Source: a virus
Lineage: Duplodnaviria; Caudoviricetes
Virus record (IMG/VR): IMGVR_UViG_3300030708_004078
Span: 1-33,675 of that record
DNA length: 33,675 nucleotides
Reading direction: 5' to 3' (one strand)
In this document: positions 1-9,343 of the stretch, piece by piece
Position numbering within the stretch: the stretch's first letter is position 1
Layout of the letters: every line of letters starts with the position of its first letter
Made by a program: the position numbers and the translations under genes
The notes under the pieces: generated by a model
The model's database searches: none
What the model saw: the letters and a program-made list of their open reading frames with translations, nothing else
What the model was told of the DNA's origin: nothing

Positions 1-32
1 CATTCATTTCGAAACCAATTTCCGCTGAATCG

Positions 33-671
33 ATGAGTCTTTCAATTAAGGAGACAGCTAGTGTCCTCAAACAAGCAGGCTTTAAAGATGCTGAGATTCC
101 AGTCATGGTTGCGATTGGAATGGGTGAATCTGGCTTGAATCCCGAAGCACACAATCCAAAGTACCCTGACGATTCCTATGGTTTGTTTCAGATCAACATG
201 CTGGATGAACCAGGATATCAACTCGGCAAAGAACGTCGCGCTCGTTACGGACTTAAGTCAAATGAGCAATTGAAAGATCCTTATTTAAATGCAAAGGCGG
301 CACTTGATATTCGGAATCGTCAAGGCCTCGGTGCGTGGTCTGTTTATTCAGAGGGTATCTATAAAAAACATTTACCACAAGTACAAAGAGAGCTAGCTGG
401 TGGGATCCCTGAATCGCCAATTTCAATCGAAAAAGGTGTTCAATCAGATAAACCTAAGCAAGGTCCACCTGGTCCAGATACGAAGTCGAGCTACGACCCG
501 ATGCTAGTTGCTGGGCTGCTTGAGAAACAAAATCAAGAACAAAATAAAATTAAGTTACTGCAGAGTTTTATCGGCCGTGTAAATAAAGCTGCAGAACCAC
601 CCAAGTCAAGTTCGATTGATGTGTTAGGTCTTCTTCAGCAGGCTTATACGCCGCAGGATCTGATGGAATGA
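33..671 (+). CDS. Lysozyme-like / lytic transglycosylase (SLT_3-type) N-terminal domain with low-complexity C-terminal tail; probably virion-associated
   Basis: AIGMGESGLNPEAHN (catalytic Glu), DSYGLFQINM, LKDPYLNAKAA and QGLGAWSVY match the SLT/lysozyme-like pattern. Confidence 0.85.
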   Translation: MSLSIKETASVLKQAGFKDAEIPVMVAIGMGESGLNPEAHNPKYPDDSYGLFQINMLDEPGYQLGKERRARYGLKSNEQLKDPYLNAKAALDIRNRQGLGAWSVYSEGIYKKHLPQVQRELAGGIPESPISIEKGVQSDKPKQGPPGPDTKSSYDPMLVAGLLEKQNQEQNKIKLLQSFIGRVNKAAEPPKSSSIDVLGLLQQAYTPQDLME

Positions 672-970
672 TGAGATTCGCTTCAGTTCCTGGTTACAGC
701 CAAGCATTCCCTGTGACTTACCAAAATATGTATAGGGATTATTCAATGGTTAGTGCAGGCTTGAGCGATCCCTTTCAGCCTGCTAAGAAAGAAGAGCACA
801 CCCCTTGTAACTTTGTTGTTTCTTATACAGGCGAAAACGACCCTCGATATCAACTAAATAATCCGGCTTACATGCGTGAGGTTACAAGATCTCACTCGGA
901 CAACATACCTCAAGTTGTTTTAAATAAAAAACCAGTGCAAGCGACATGGTCAAACCAACAACAGAACTAG
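668..970 (+). CDS. Hypothetical protein
   Basis: ATGA overlap with upstream stop; co-directional operon. Confidence 0.65.
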   Translation: MMRFASVPGYSQAFPVTYQNMYRDYSMVSAGLSDPFQPAKKEEHTPCNFVVSYTGENDPRYQLNNPAYMREVTRSHSDNIPQVVLNKKPVQATWSNQQQN

Positions 971-1179
971 GCTATATGTACGGCATTCGCAGGAATGCAG
1001 TACCTGGTGAGCGCCCTGGCGAAAGTAATGCAGGAAGATTTTTCTACGGGCAAAGACCGCGTATGGCTGGAGACAGAGTCAAGTTAGACTTATTAGAACC
1101 AGAAGCAATTCCCAGACCGTACACTAAAGGTGATCGTCTTGCACAGAGATTTCAAGACTTTAGTGATACTCTGATTTAA
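946..1179 (+). CDS. Hypothetical protein
   Basis: Overlaps the previous gene and fills the operon. Confidence 0.6.
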   Translation: MVKPTTELGYMYGIRRNAVPGERPGESNAGRFFYGQRPRMAGDRVKLDLLEPEAIPRPYTKGDRLAQRFQDFSDTLI

Positions 1180-1184
1180 GTACC

Positions 1185-1334
1185 ATGGCTAAAAACAAAA
1201 TGCCACCTGAGCTCTTAGCTCATTTTAAAAAGAAGAATGAGGGTAAAGAAGACGAAGGTAAGTCTGACAAAGAAAAACGCAAAGAGGCGCTTGACAAGGC
1301 TAAATCACGGATGAAAGAAAAGAAAAAGGGTTAA
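1185..1334 (+). CDS. Small Lys/Glu-rich protein, 49 aa (not in ORF track)
   Basis: Read by hand: MAKNKMPPELLAHFKKKNEGKEDEGKSDKEKRKEALDKAKSRMKEKKKG*; starts 5 nt after the previous stop and fills the gap. Confidence 0.7.
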   Translation: MAKNKMPPELLAHFKKKNEGKEDEGKSDKEKRKEALDKAKSRMKEKKKG

Positions 1335-1345
1335 TCCAATACCGC

Positions 1346-1351
1346 TATAAT
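1346..1351 (+). promoter_or_regulatory. -10 element TATAAT
   Basis: Perfect consensus in intergenic gap, 27 nt before the GTG at 1379. Confidence 0.6.
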
Positions 1352-1378
1352 ACAGTTAACGTAACCCGCTGAATAAAC

Positions 1379-2167
1379 GTGTCGAGTAGTAGTTCTAATA
1401 AGCAGCCGATGATGCTCGATCGGCCGGCGACGACATCGACCTTATTGACTGTGGCTTCGGGCCAAGACTTTTTGACGAGCTTGGTGCCTACTGCAGTTGG
1501 TAACGCAACCAAGGTGTTTGACGTCGACTCTGCGGCTACTGACACGTCTATTTCCGGTGCATATATCGATGAAATTTTCTTGCAGTACACAAAGCGTGTA
1601 ATTGAAAAAATCGATGCTAAAGCTGCTGTAACAGGTACTTATTCTGCAAATGGTACCGCTATTACGGTGACCATTACTGCTGGGCACAATGTTCAGGTAG
1701 GTCAAAAAGTTTTCTTAGATATCACTAGCCGCAGCTCCGGCACTGACCCCATTGACCAAGAAGCAACCGTAACAGCAGTCACTCCGACGACATTTACTGC
1801 GACCATTGGTTCAATCACTGGCACGATTACCGGTAATGTCAGCTGCTTCTTGCCAATCGATATTTGCTTCTACCTTGTGAACGTTGGTACTGTCAGCAAC
1901 ACCAACCAGTTCTTCCCTCTTTTTGTCGCCAGTATTCCTGCGACTTACGAGAACACCAATTACAGCCTGACTGTAAATGAAGTGCTCCCTTTAATCAACC
2001 ACCCTGTCGTTCAGGCTGGTGCAAACTTTACAGGAGCTAATAGCAAAGTCTCTCCAAAACTTCGTGGCTTGATGTTGAGTCGGGGCCAGGCTCTTTATGC
2101 CGCTGCAAGCGGTTCATCCGCCCTTACAAACGGCTTTTATGTTGGTGTCCAGGGCGGTTACTATTGA
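1379..2167 (+). CDS. Putative virion structural protein with one FCCH-like beta-barrel module
   Basis: GTYSANGTAITVTITAGHNVQVGQKVFL..ATVTAVTPTTFTAT module; Thr/Ser/Gly-rich; GTG start. Confidence 0.7.
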   Translation: MSSSSSNKQPMMLDRPATTSTLLTVASGQDFLTSLVPTAVGNATKVFDVDSAATDTSISGAYIDEIFLQYTKRVIEKIDAKAAVTGTYSANGTAITVTITAGHNVQVGQKVFLDITSRSSGTDPIDQEATVTAVTPTTFTATIGSITGTITGNVSCFLPIDICFYLVNVGTVSNTNQFFPLFVASIPATYENTNYSLTVNEVLPLINHPVVQAGANFTGANSKVSPKLRGLMLSRGQALYAAASGSSALTNGFYVGVQGGYY

Positions 2168-2176
2168 TTTCTAGTC

Positions 2177-4477
2177 ATGCCATTCGAAATAAGCGGGTTT
2201 GGAAACTCCTCGAATGGTGGGTTTGATTCTAAATTTACGAAGAAGTTCGATAAATTAACTGATTTTGGTTCTAAAAAACCAAAACCGTTTGTGCCGCGAG
2301 CTTTTAACTTTGAACCTGCTGATTCAGAGAGTGACAGTGAGACAAAATTCTATAACCGAGACGCTCTTTGGAATCGTTGGCGCCGTGGATACGATCTTTA
2401 CAGCATCACACAGACGTATCTAGGTTCTAATTCAAGAGAAAGAAACACCAGAGGTGATTTTAGGATGTACTGCTCATTTCAGCAGTTTCCTGGTGTTTTT
2501 ATTCCAGCAAGAATTTTTACATTTCCTAGCAGCAGCACTGAAATCGATGAGCAAATTGTCGCGATCAGAGATACAGACAGCTTCAATTGTTACGAGTTTG
2601 GCTTGCCTATTGAACAGGTAAGGTATTTAGGACCGGTCGTAGAAGGTACATACAGTCAGTCGGGGACGACTTTAACAATCACAAAGTCTGACCACGGGTT
2701 TTTGATCAATGAAAATATTTCTTTAGTGGTAGAGACTGGGTCAGCAGTAAGTGAAACATTAACCATCAGCGCTGTCACACAAAATACTATTACGTGTACT
2801 GCGTCCACGAGTCTTTCTACAAGCGGAAATCTAGATTTCAGGTTATCGACGACTTTTAGTGACCTGCGCTGGATACAGATGCGTGTAAAAATACGCTTTA
2901 TTCCCCCTACAGGAAACTTTTTGAAAGACGAGAGGATGACTGATAGGGTCATCGAGCGTGATCCAGGTTTAGATTCTACATATTCACAGTCGACGACCAC
3001 AATTACTGTGACTTGTGCGCAGGACCACGGTTTGAGTACAGGAAACAAGGTGTTTCTAGAAGTGTCTACAGGCGCTGCTGTAACAAATCTGTATGATGTG
3101 ACCGTTGTCAATGCAACACGATTTACAGTCACATCTCTGACAAGTGCCACGACTTCTGGCAACGCCAAAGTATTCAGGCGCTTACGGGGTTTTGAATACA
3201 ATGACTATGTCGGATACACCTGTACAGGTATTGACGCACAGAATGAAGAAATTCTGTTCCAACGTGCTGATAGTTACGCCACAAAAATAGTCAATGATCG
3301 CCCAACTACGATCACTCCTGCTCATAGAGGATTTACAGTCGGGCGTTTTCTATCTACTGAGATTCGTTATCAGTGCAGTTGCTCCGACTTCATGCGTCGC
3401 GAGAGATTTAACCTCTACAAAGAGGCAACTAGGCGGCAATTTCCGTCAACAACTATCAACAATGTGAAGCCCGGTCAGCGCCAAGATCGTGATGGCAATG
3501 TAATTAATACAAGAGATGATGTAGGTGTCTACAGTGATTTCGGTTATGTAGCTGTCAATAACTTTTATAATCTACCCACCTATGAGGACAGCACTCAGTT
3601 CTCTTACCCAAACCTTCTTTACTATCAAGCACGCTGGTGTAAGCACATATACGCTGCGATGTGGTCAGTAGTGCATGATGAGGGTAATAACCCGATTGAT
3701 ATCACAGCAAGCTACACTCAAAACGGTCCATTGATCACTGTATCCGCTACAAATCACGGTTTGACTGTCAATACACGTGTTCGGTTTGAGATAACTAGCG
3801 GCAACGTTCTCGACGGTGAATATACAGTGTCATCTGTACCTGATGCAAACACCTTTACTGTGATCTATCCTTTCTCACAAACTGCAATTCTTGGTTATTG
3901 CGTTGTCAGAAGCTTAAAAAAACACGAGTATGTAGGTGCTTGGTTGCGTGAGCCTAGTGATCAGCCGCTGGGAATTGCTTTAGAACGTTTTTATGACAAT
4001 TTAGAGAAAGAAAATAGCCGTATAAGAGAATCAGCGGAGCGTTTATCGACTTATGGGTATGGATTACCGTGGAGCGGCGCCAAAGAGGTGATCGGCAACC
4101 GAAATCAGCCTGAAATTGTCGGTAATTTTAATGACAACATCGTCAGTATGCTCGTTACAGACAGCATTAGGCGAGATCAAGGAGACAAGGTAGCTAGAGA
4201 CGGTATTACAAAGAACTCAACGACTAATTTGCTTTTGATGATGCAAAAAGTCTTCAATATTGACGTTGATCTTGTGCAAGACACTAAAATGGGCATGCTA
4301 GATCAGCCTTTGACGGAATACACGGCTGATTTCCAATTTGGCGAAGTCGATGGAGGCCGTTTCGTCAGTGGTGAGCTTGTGGACGAAGGCACTCAGAGTA
4401 CACTGGACTGTAAAACATATAATCCAGTGGTAGAGCAAATCATTTTTGTTGATTCTGGTCTCTATATCAATAATTAG
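2177..4477 (+). CDS. Large putative virion/tail protein with three FCCH-like repeats and a SWIM-type zinc finger
   Basis: Three [TS]Y[ST]Q..[TI]T.T...HG[FL] modules; YQCSCSDF ... WCKHIYAAM (CxC-Xn-CxH). Confidence 0.7.
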   Translation: MPFEISGFGNSSNGGFDSKFTKKFDKLTDFGSKKPKPFVPRAFNFEPADSESDSETKFYNRDALWNRWRRGYDLYSITQTYLGSNSRERNTRGDFRMYCSFQQFPGVFIPARIFTFPSSSTEIDEQIVAIRDTDSFNCYEFGLPIEQVRYLGPVVEGTYSQSGTTLTITKSDHGFLINENISLVVETGSAVSETLTISAVTQNTITCTASTSLSTSGNLDFRLSTTFSDLRWIQMRVKIRFIPPTGNFLKDERMTDRVIERDPGLDSTYSQSTTTITVTCAQDHGLSTGNKVFLEVSTGAAVTNLYDVTVVNATRFTVTSLTSATTSGNAKVFRRLRGFEYNDYVGYTCTGIDAQNEEILFQRADSYATKIVNDRPTTITPAHRGFTVGRFLSTEIRYQCSCSDFMRRERFNLYKEATRRQFPSTTINNVKPGQRQDRDGNVINTRDDVGVYSDFGYVAVNNFYNLPTYEDSTQFSYPNLLYYQARWCKHIYAAMWSVVHDEGNNPIDITASYTQNGPLITVSATNHGLTVNTRVRFEITSGNVLDGEYTVSSVPDANTFTVIYPFSQTAILGYCVVRSLKKHEYVGAWLREPSDQPLGIALERFYDNLEKENSRIRESAERLSTYGYGLPWSGAKEVIGNRNQPEIVGNFNDNIVSMLVTDSIRRDQGDKVARDGITKNSTTNLLLMMQKVFNIDVDLVQDTKMGMLDQPLTEYTADFQFGEVDGGRFVSGELVDEGTQSTLDCKTYNPVVEQIIFVDSGLYINN

Positions 4478-4479
4478 CT

Positions 4480-4905
4480 ATGTCAATTCAGATTCTTAGC
4501 CGCCGGTCAACAGTTTTACACGATCGGCCAAACCCGTTGCGTATTGGTGCTGGTGAGCTCTGTGTCAATACGAATCCAAACGATCCTGGATTGTATTTTG
4601 CAGACAGCACCGCTTCACCTTCAACAGGATTGATTAAAGCTGGTCCTACTTTTGTCGGTTCTACTGCACCAAACACACCAGCTGCAGGTTTTTCTACCTC
4701 TAGCAAAGGAGAGTCTTGGCTTGACACTGCGAGCACTCAAATCCTCAAGATACATGATGGTTCAAACTTCCAAACTGTTAAAGCAGTGGTCTCAAACAGT
4801 GCAGGCAAACCTAGCAACCCTGTAGACGGACAACTTCACTATGACAAAACAGCAAACGATCTTTTCATGTACGACGCAACTGCCAGTAACTGGATTGCTG
4901 TTTAA
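4480..4905 (+). CDS. Tail-fibre adaptor protein (Mtd_N/hyaluronidase-N-like N-terminus)
   Basis: IQILSRRS..P....GELCVNT, then GSTAP..KGESWLDT and PSNPVDGQLHYD fibre motifs. Confidence 0.7.
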   Translation: MSIQILSRRSTVLHDRPNPLRIGAGELCVNTNPNDPGLYFADSTASPSTGLIKAGPTFVGSTAPNTPAAGFSTSSKGESWLDTASTQILKIHDGSNFQTVKAVVSNSAGKPSNPVDGQLHYDKTANDLFMYDATASNWIAV

Positions 4906-5153
4906 TTGCTTATAAGGTGATCTAAAATCCTGTCAAGTTTTGAATGGACTGATTCCATTTCTCTTAGAAAATCTTCTTTTAATACGTAGTTATCCGTCAC
5001 TCGATCCTGCAGGTCGTCAAAATCATCTTCAAGACGCTCGAAACGACGTTCCAATTTATTGTTGAAAGAGGACAATGCCCGTGACAATCCAGTAAACGCG
5101 CCAATTCCACCTGTTATCACAGCAGTAATCACTTCAGGTGTCACCTTGGCCAC
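4902..5153 (-). CDS. Small membrane-anchored coiled-coil protein (holin/XhlA-like architecture)
   Basis: N-terminal hydrophobic segment, coiled coil, YVLKEDF and KLDRILD; its own TAGAAT at 5173-5168. Confidence 0.6.
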   Translation of the reverse strand: MAKVTPEVITAVITGGIGAFTGLSRALSSFNNKLERRFERLEDDFDDLQDRVTDNYVLKEDFLREMESVHSKLDRILDHLISN

Positions 5154-5167
5154 GAATCTATATTCTT

Positions 5168-5213
5168 ATTCTAAGGGATTTAACAAATTAGAATGATCGT
5201 AAGACTATAGAAT
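5168..5213. promoter_or_regulatory. Divergent -10 elements (TAGAAT on minus 5173-5168; on plus 5189-5194 and 5208-5213)
   Basis: Three copies of TAGAAT in a 63 nt divergent gap. Confidence 0.55.
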
Positions 5214-5216
5214 TAT

Positions 5217-5744
5217 ATGGCAACGGGATACGAGCCTAATGTAGAAGGTGCTTTAGCGGTGCTCGTTGATCTAATGAATGCGAATGCATTCACAATGACA
5301 CGTCAGCCATATGAGCCTAACTACAGGGGCCTGGTTGATGCACTAATTGACCTAAAAGAAGGATTTCCTGTCTTTTCACCGACACGAGTTGGCTTTGACG
5401 TAACAACCTTCGAAGATGTGGCTGACGGAGACGCGCTTTATTTCAGGGCTAGCGATGGTAAGGCTGGTAAAGCATTGGCTAATGGAACCCTAGATGAAGC
5501 GACCGTAATTGGGTTTGCAGATACCGCCGCATCCACAGGAAGTACCGTAAAGTGTCTGGTTGCGGGCGTACTTGATTATCCATCAACGATTGACCCTGGC
5601 GACGTTTATTTTCTAGACACAACGGCAGGGGCAATCAATACAACAGCGCCTTCGTCAGCAGGTCAGTATGTCGTAAGAGTCGGAGAAGGAGCCACCACAA
5701 GCGACTTTAGTATTCAAATCGAACCACCAATTTTGCTGTCATAA
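5217..5744 (+). CDS. DUF2190-like capsid cement/fibre-base protein, paralog A
   Basis: FEDVADGDALYFRASDGKAGKA.ANGTLDEATVIGFA..PGDVYFL. Confidence 0.65.
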   Translation: MATGYEPNVEGALAVLVDLMNANAFTMTRQPYEPNYRGLVDALIDLKEGFPVFSPTRVGFDVTTFEDVADGDALYFRASDGKAGKALANGTLDEATVIGFADTAASTGSTVKCLVAGVLDYPSTIDPGDVYFLDTTAGAINTTAPSSAGQYVVRVGEGATTSDFSIQIEPPILLS

Positions 5745-6196
5745 TGAGCACAAACTACGAGCCTTATTCCCAAAATCCAGAGGGTTTGGTAGGTGTCTTA
5801 ATTGATTTAAAAGATACATTATCCGGCAGGACCGTTTACTCTGTTGCTGGCTTTGGGGCCGAGGCGTTTGAAGATGTAGCACAGGGGGATGCTGTCTATG
5901 CTCGTGCTAGTGACGGCAAGGTAGGTAAGGCAAGTAACAATGGAACTCTTGACGAGGCTACAGTCGTAGGTCTTGTGCAAACAGCAAAATCAGCAGGGCA
6001 GACAGTGCGTGTTCTGATTGTTGGTATTATTGCAAAAAGTGGTCTTGATGCGGGAAATACGCATTATTTAGGCGTCAATGGTGGCATTGTTTCTACACCG
6101 CCTTCAGGTGCAGGAAAGTATTTGGTTAGGCTCGGTGAAGGAATTAGTACAACTAACCTCGCCATTCATCTTGAACCCCCTATCCTGTTAACTTAA
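5744..6196 (+). CDS. DUF2190-like capsid cement/fibre-base protein, paralog B
   Basis: Collinear with paralog A, including terminal EPPILL; TAATG coupling. Confidence 0.65.
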   Translation: MSTNYEPYSQNPEGLVGVLIDLKDTLSGRTVYSVAGFGAEAFEDVAQGDAVYARASDGKVGKASNNGTLDEATVVGLVQTAKSAGQTVRVLIVGIIAKSGLDAGNTHYLGVNGGIVSTPPSGAGKYLVRLGEGISTTNLAIHLEPPILLT

Positions 6197-6265
6197 TACG
6201 TGCGATAGGATGGGTAAATAGACAGTTTAATTACCACAAGTTTTTAAACTGAAAGGGAATCACAA

Positions 6266-7447
6266 ATGGCAACAAGAAAGTCACTTATTCTCAATGCCGG
6301 TCTCTTCCAGGAGTTAAATACTTCTTCGGACAAACTAGACCTGGCTGGTAATAGTACGTCTGATTTGTCAGAGGGAACAAATCAGTACTTCACCAATGCG
6401 CGATCTCGCGGCGCTGTGAGTGTTACAGACTCTGGTGGTTTAGGATCACTCTCCTACAACTCGACTTCTGGTGTAATCACTTATACCGGACCCACAAGTT
6501 CAGATGTTATCGGCACGCTATCTGTAGCTTCTGGATCAGGTCTGACACTTGATAGCGGCACTGGTGAGATAGGAACCAGTGCGATCCCAAACTCACAACT
6601 GGCTAACTCCAGCCTTACGATTGGTTCTACCGCTGTTTCTTTAGGGGCTACAGCCTCAACGCTTGCAGGATTGACGAGCCTCACGTCGACAACCGTAGTT
6701 GCAAGCACCACTCTGAACGTCGGTGCCGATGGTGCTGCGAACAGCATAAAGCTTGCTTCAGGAGGCATCACGTTCGAAGGATCTGGGGTTGATGCGCACG
6801 AAACTACAATTTCGGCCACAAACCCTACAGCTGACCGCACGATCAGTCTCCCAGATGCCAGCGGCACAGTCGCTTTATTGGGTTCTTTAAGTGCAGCGAA
6901 CAGTGGTACAGGGTTTGGATCTCTAGCCTATAACAGCGGTACCGGAGCATACACATTTTCTGTTGTTACAGCTGCGAATATTAGAGGCCAAGTATCAGTA
7001 ACAGACTCCGGCGGAGACGGTTCATTATCTTATAACAGCTCGACAGGCGTCATTACGTACACTGGACCCAGTGCAGCAGAGGCCCGCGCTCACCTGAGTG
7101 TTGCATCGGGTTCAGGATTAACTTACAACAACAGCACTGGTGAGTTTGGCACCAACGCAATACCAAATGCACAGTTAGCAAATAGTTCGATTACTATCGG
7201 CACAACAGGGATCGCGCTTGGTTCTAGCGCTACAACTCTTGCTGGTCTGACTTCTTTCACCTGCAATACAATCATCACTAATGATGACGGGTTTAGGGTC
7301 CGCGATAATAGTGACAACACTAAGCAGCTTGCCTTTGAAGTGTCAGGTGTGAGCTCAGGCACCACACGGACGCTTACTGTTCCTGATGTAAACGGAACAA
7401 TTGCAGACGAAGGTTTTGCTACAGCAATCGCAGTTGCATTAGGATAA
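6266..7447 (+). CDS. Fibre shaft protein with internal duplication
   Basis: TSDLSEGTNQYFTNARSR, repeated SLSYNSxxGVITYTGP and IPNxQLANSS, TADRTISLPDASGT; ends AIAVALG. Confidence 0.8.
   Translation: MATRKSLILNAGLFQELNTSSDKLDLAGNSTSDLSEGTNQYFTNARSRGAVSVTDSGGLGSLSYNSTSGVITYTGPTSSDVIGTLSVASGSGLTLDSGTGEIGTSAIPNSQLANSSLTIGSTAVSLGATASTLAGLTSLTSTTVVASTTLNVGADGAANSIKLASGGITFEGSGVDAHETTISATNPTADRTISLPDASGTVALLGSLSAANSGTGFGSLAYNSGTGAYTFSVVTAANIRGQVSVTDSGGDGSLSYNSSTGVITYTGPSAAEARAHLSVASGSGLTYNNSTGEFGTNAIPNAQLANSSITIGTTGIALGSSATTLAGLTSFTCNTIITNDDGFRVRDNSDNTKQLAFEVSGVSSGTTRTLTVPDVNGTIADEGFATAIAVALG
6416..7260 (+). repeat. Diverged internal duplication of about 90 codons (approx. 6416-6690 and 6992-7260)
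   Basis: VSVTDSGG..SLSYNS..GVITYTGP....LSVASGSGLT....GE.GT.AIPN.QLANSS.TIG.T...LG....TLAGLTS occurs twice. Confidence 0.85.
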
Positions 7448-7451
7448 CGTT

Positions 7452-7850
7452 ATGGCAACCCAAGTACAATTCCGCAGAGGAACTTCTGCTCAGCACCAAA
7501 CCTTTAAAGGCGCCCTCGGTGAGGTTACAGTTGACACCACGAAGAGTTCATGCGTTGTTCATGATGCAGTGACCACAGGAGGGTTCCCTCTTTTACGTGA
7601 AGATGGGACAAATTCTGCTTTGTCTCTTGGATCACTTACAAGCTGTGCACTGAAGTTTGCTTCTGATCCAAACACAGGAATCATTAGCCCCGGTCCGGAT
7701 CAGCTTAGTTTAGTGACTGGAGGAGTTGCTAGACTTACAATAGACTCAGCAGGCGCTGTAACCATTCCAGGCAACGTGACAATCTCTGGTAATTTGAACG
7801 TTTCTGGAGCTCAGAACTCTAACATCGCATTAATTGTTGCTTTAGGCTGA
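7452..7850 (+). CDS. Major tropism determinant N-terminal (Mtd_N) domain adaptor protein
   Basis: MATQVQFRRGTSAQHQTFKGALGEVTVDT....VVHD..T.GGFPL is the Mtd_N pattern; ends LIVALG. Confidence 0.85.
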   Translation: MATQVQFRRGTSAQHQTFKGALGEVTVDTTKSSCVVHDAVTTGGFPLLREDGTNSALSLGSLTSCALKFASDPNTGIISPGPDQLSLVTGGVARLTIDSAGAVTIPGNVTISGNLNVSGAQNSNIALIVALG

Positions 7851-7851
7851 T

Positions 7852-8193
7852 ATGGCAAACACTTTTAAAATCAACACCAAGTCCAGCCTGGTTACAGATG
7901 CTGTATCGAGTGCTAACACTAATGTCTTATCAGCAGGGGGTAGTGCCACTCTTGTCATCTTGAGTGTGCTGGTATCAAACAAAGGTTCATCTGCGGCTGA
8001 TGTCGATGTCTATTTAGTGACAAATACAGGAGACGATGTTTATATTATTCGCAACGCCCCGGTTCCCTCAGGATCGTCTCTTGAGTTAATCTCAGGATCT
8101 AAGATCATTATGGAGTCTAGTGATGTTTTACGCGCACGCTCAGATACAGCGACAACATTAGATATTTCAGTTAGCTACCTTGAGCAAACTTGA
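7852..8193 (+). CDS. Small beta-sandwich fibre connector (MANTFK-type)
   Basis: MANTFK start, YIIRNAPVPSGSSLEL..KIIMESSDVL and SYLEQT end, a pattern I recall from marine phage fibre loci. Confidence 0.7.
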   Translation: MANTFKINTKSSLVTDAVSSANTNVLSAGGSATLVILSVLVSNKGSSAADVDVYLVTNTGDDVYIIRNAPVPSGSSLELISGSKIIMESSDVLRARSDTATTLDISVSYLEQT

Positions 8194-8199
8194 TAAAGT

Positions 8200-8517
8200 A
8201 TGGCACTTACGTCAATTGCAACGATCTCTAATTACCATGAATTAGAGGCTAAGATAGCTGTTCTTGAGGCAAAAGTAGAGAAGCTATTGACTCCTGAAAA
8301 GGTTCTGGAAAAAGCTGATGAAACTTGGGATATTGTCCGTGAGAAGCGTGATTACTTACTAACCAGCACTGACTGGACTATGACACCAGGTGCTTCTGTC
8401 GATCAAGCCCAATGGGCGGCATATAGACAGGCTTTGAGAGACCTTCCGCAGACATATAGCTCCGCTAGATTAGAAGATATTACATGGCCCGTCCAGCCTA
8501 GTTCTACACCTGCTTGA
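8200..8517 (+). CDS. Tail fibre assembly chaperone (Phage_tail_APC-like)
   Basis: VREKRDYLLTSTDWT..WAAYRQALRDLPQ..ITWP. Confidence 0.85.
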   Translation: MALTSIATISNYHELEAKIAVLEAKVEKLLTPEKVLEKADETWDIVREKRDYLLTSTDWTMTPGASVDQAQWAAYRQALRDLPQTYSSARLEDITWPVQPSSTPA

Positions 8518-8523
8518 TAAAAA

Positions 8524-9339
8524 ATGTCTTATATCGGTAATGATCTTCAAGTAGCTGCTAGCCGCTATCGAATTATTGATGATATTAGCTCTGGTTTTAA
8601 CGGAAGTGAGACTAGCTTCGCACTTCAAGTTGGTGGGGTAGCGCCTTCACCTTTTCCTGTAAATGCACAGCAGTGTTTAATTTCGGTCAACGGTGTTATT
8701 CAGGAGCCTGACCCATCTGGTTCTGCAGGTTTTAACTTAGTCGGAACAAATATTGTTTTCAGCTCTGCTCCAACCAATGGCCACGCCTTCTTCGGTGTTG
8801 TTTTGGCTGGTGCCGATTATGTGACAGCTGGAAGCAAATTTCCAGACGGAAGCAATACCGCACCATCAGTCACTTTCACCAGCGATAGTGATACAGGACT
8901 GTACCGCGCTTCATCAGGTGAAGTAGGACTAGCTAAAAACGGTGTTGCACGCTCCTTCCAAACTCTAGAAGAAGCACAGACAATCACAGGAGTAAAGACA
9001 TACAACGCTGCTGCAATTGCAGAAGTTACAACTTTGAGTAACGCCTCTAGCACTGTGGCTGTTGATCTTTCTCTTTCAAATAATTTTACGCTTACTTTGA
9101 ACGGCACTGTCAGCACTATCGGTGCACCAACAAATGCAGTGGCTGGACAAAGCGGTTCTATTTTTCTAGTGCAGGACTCGACCGGTTCTCGTACTACTGG
9201 TTGGCATAATAATTGGAAATTTGCAGGAGGAACTGTCCCAACCTTGACTACAACTGCTAGTGCCGTAGATCGTGTCGATTACATCTGCAAAAGTAGTACT
9301 GAAATTCATGCCGTTGCTACACTGAACTATACGCGGTAA
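8524..9339 (+). CDS. Tail fibre protein (MxYIG-type), module 1
   Basis: MSYIGN, IDDISSGFNGS, ISVNGVIQEP, IVFSSAP, DGSNTAPSVTFTSDSDTGLY; C-terminal QDSTGSRT..WKFAGGTVPTLTT..AVD. Confidence 0.8.
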   Translation: MSYIGNDLQVAASRYRIIDDISSGFNGSETSFALQVGGVAPSPFPVNAQQCLISVNGVIQEPDPSGSAGFNLVGTNIVFSSAPTNGHAFFGVVLAGADYVTAGSKFPDGSNTAPSVTFTSDSDTGLYRASSGEVGLAKNGVARSFQTLEEAQTITGVKTYNAAAIAEVTTLSNASSTVAVDLSLSNNFTLTLNGTVSTIGAPTNAVAGQSGSIFLVQDSTGSRTTGWHNNWKFAGGTVPTLTTTASAVDRVDYICKSSTEIHAVATLNYTR

Positions 9340-9343
9340 GTAG

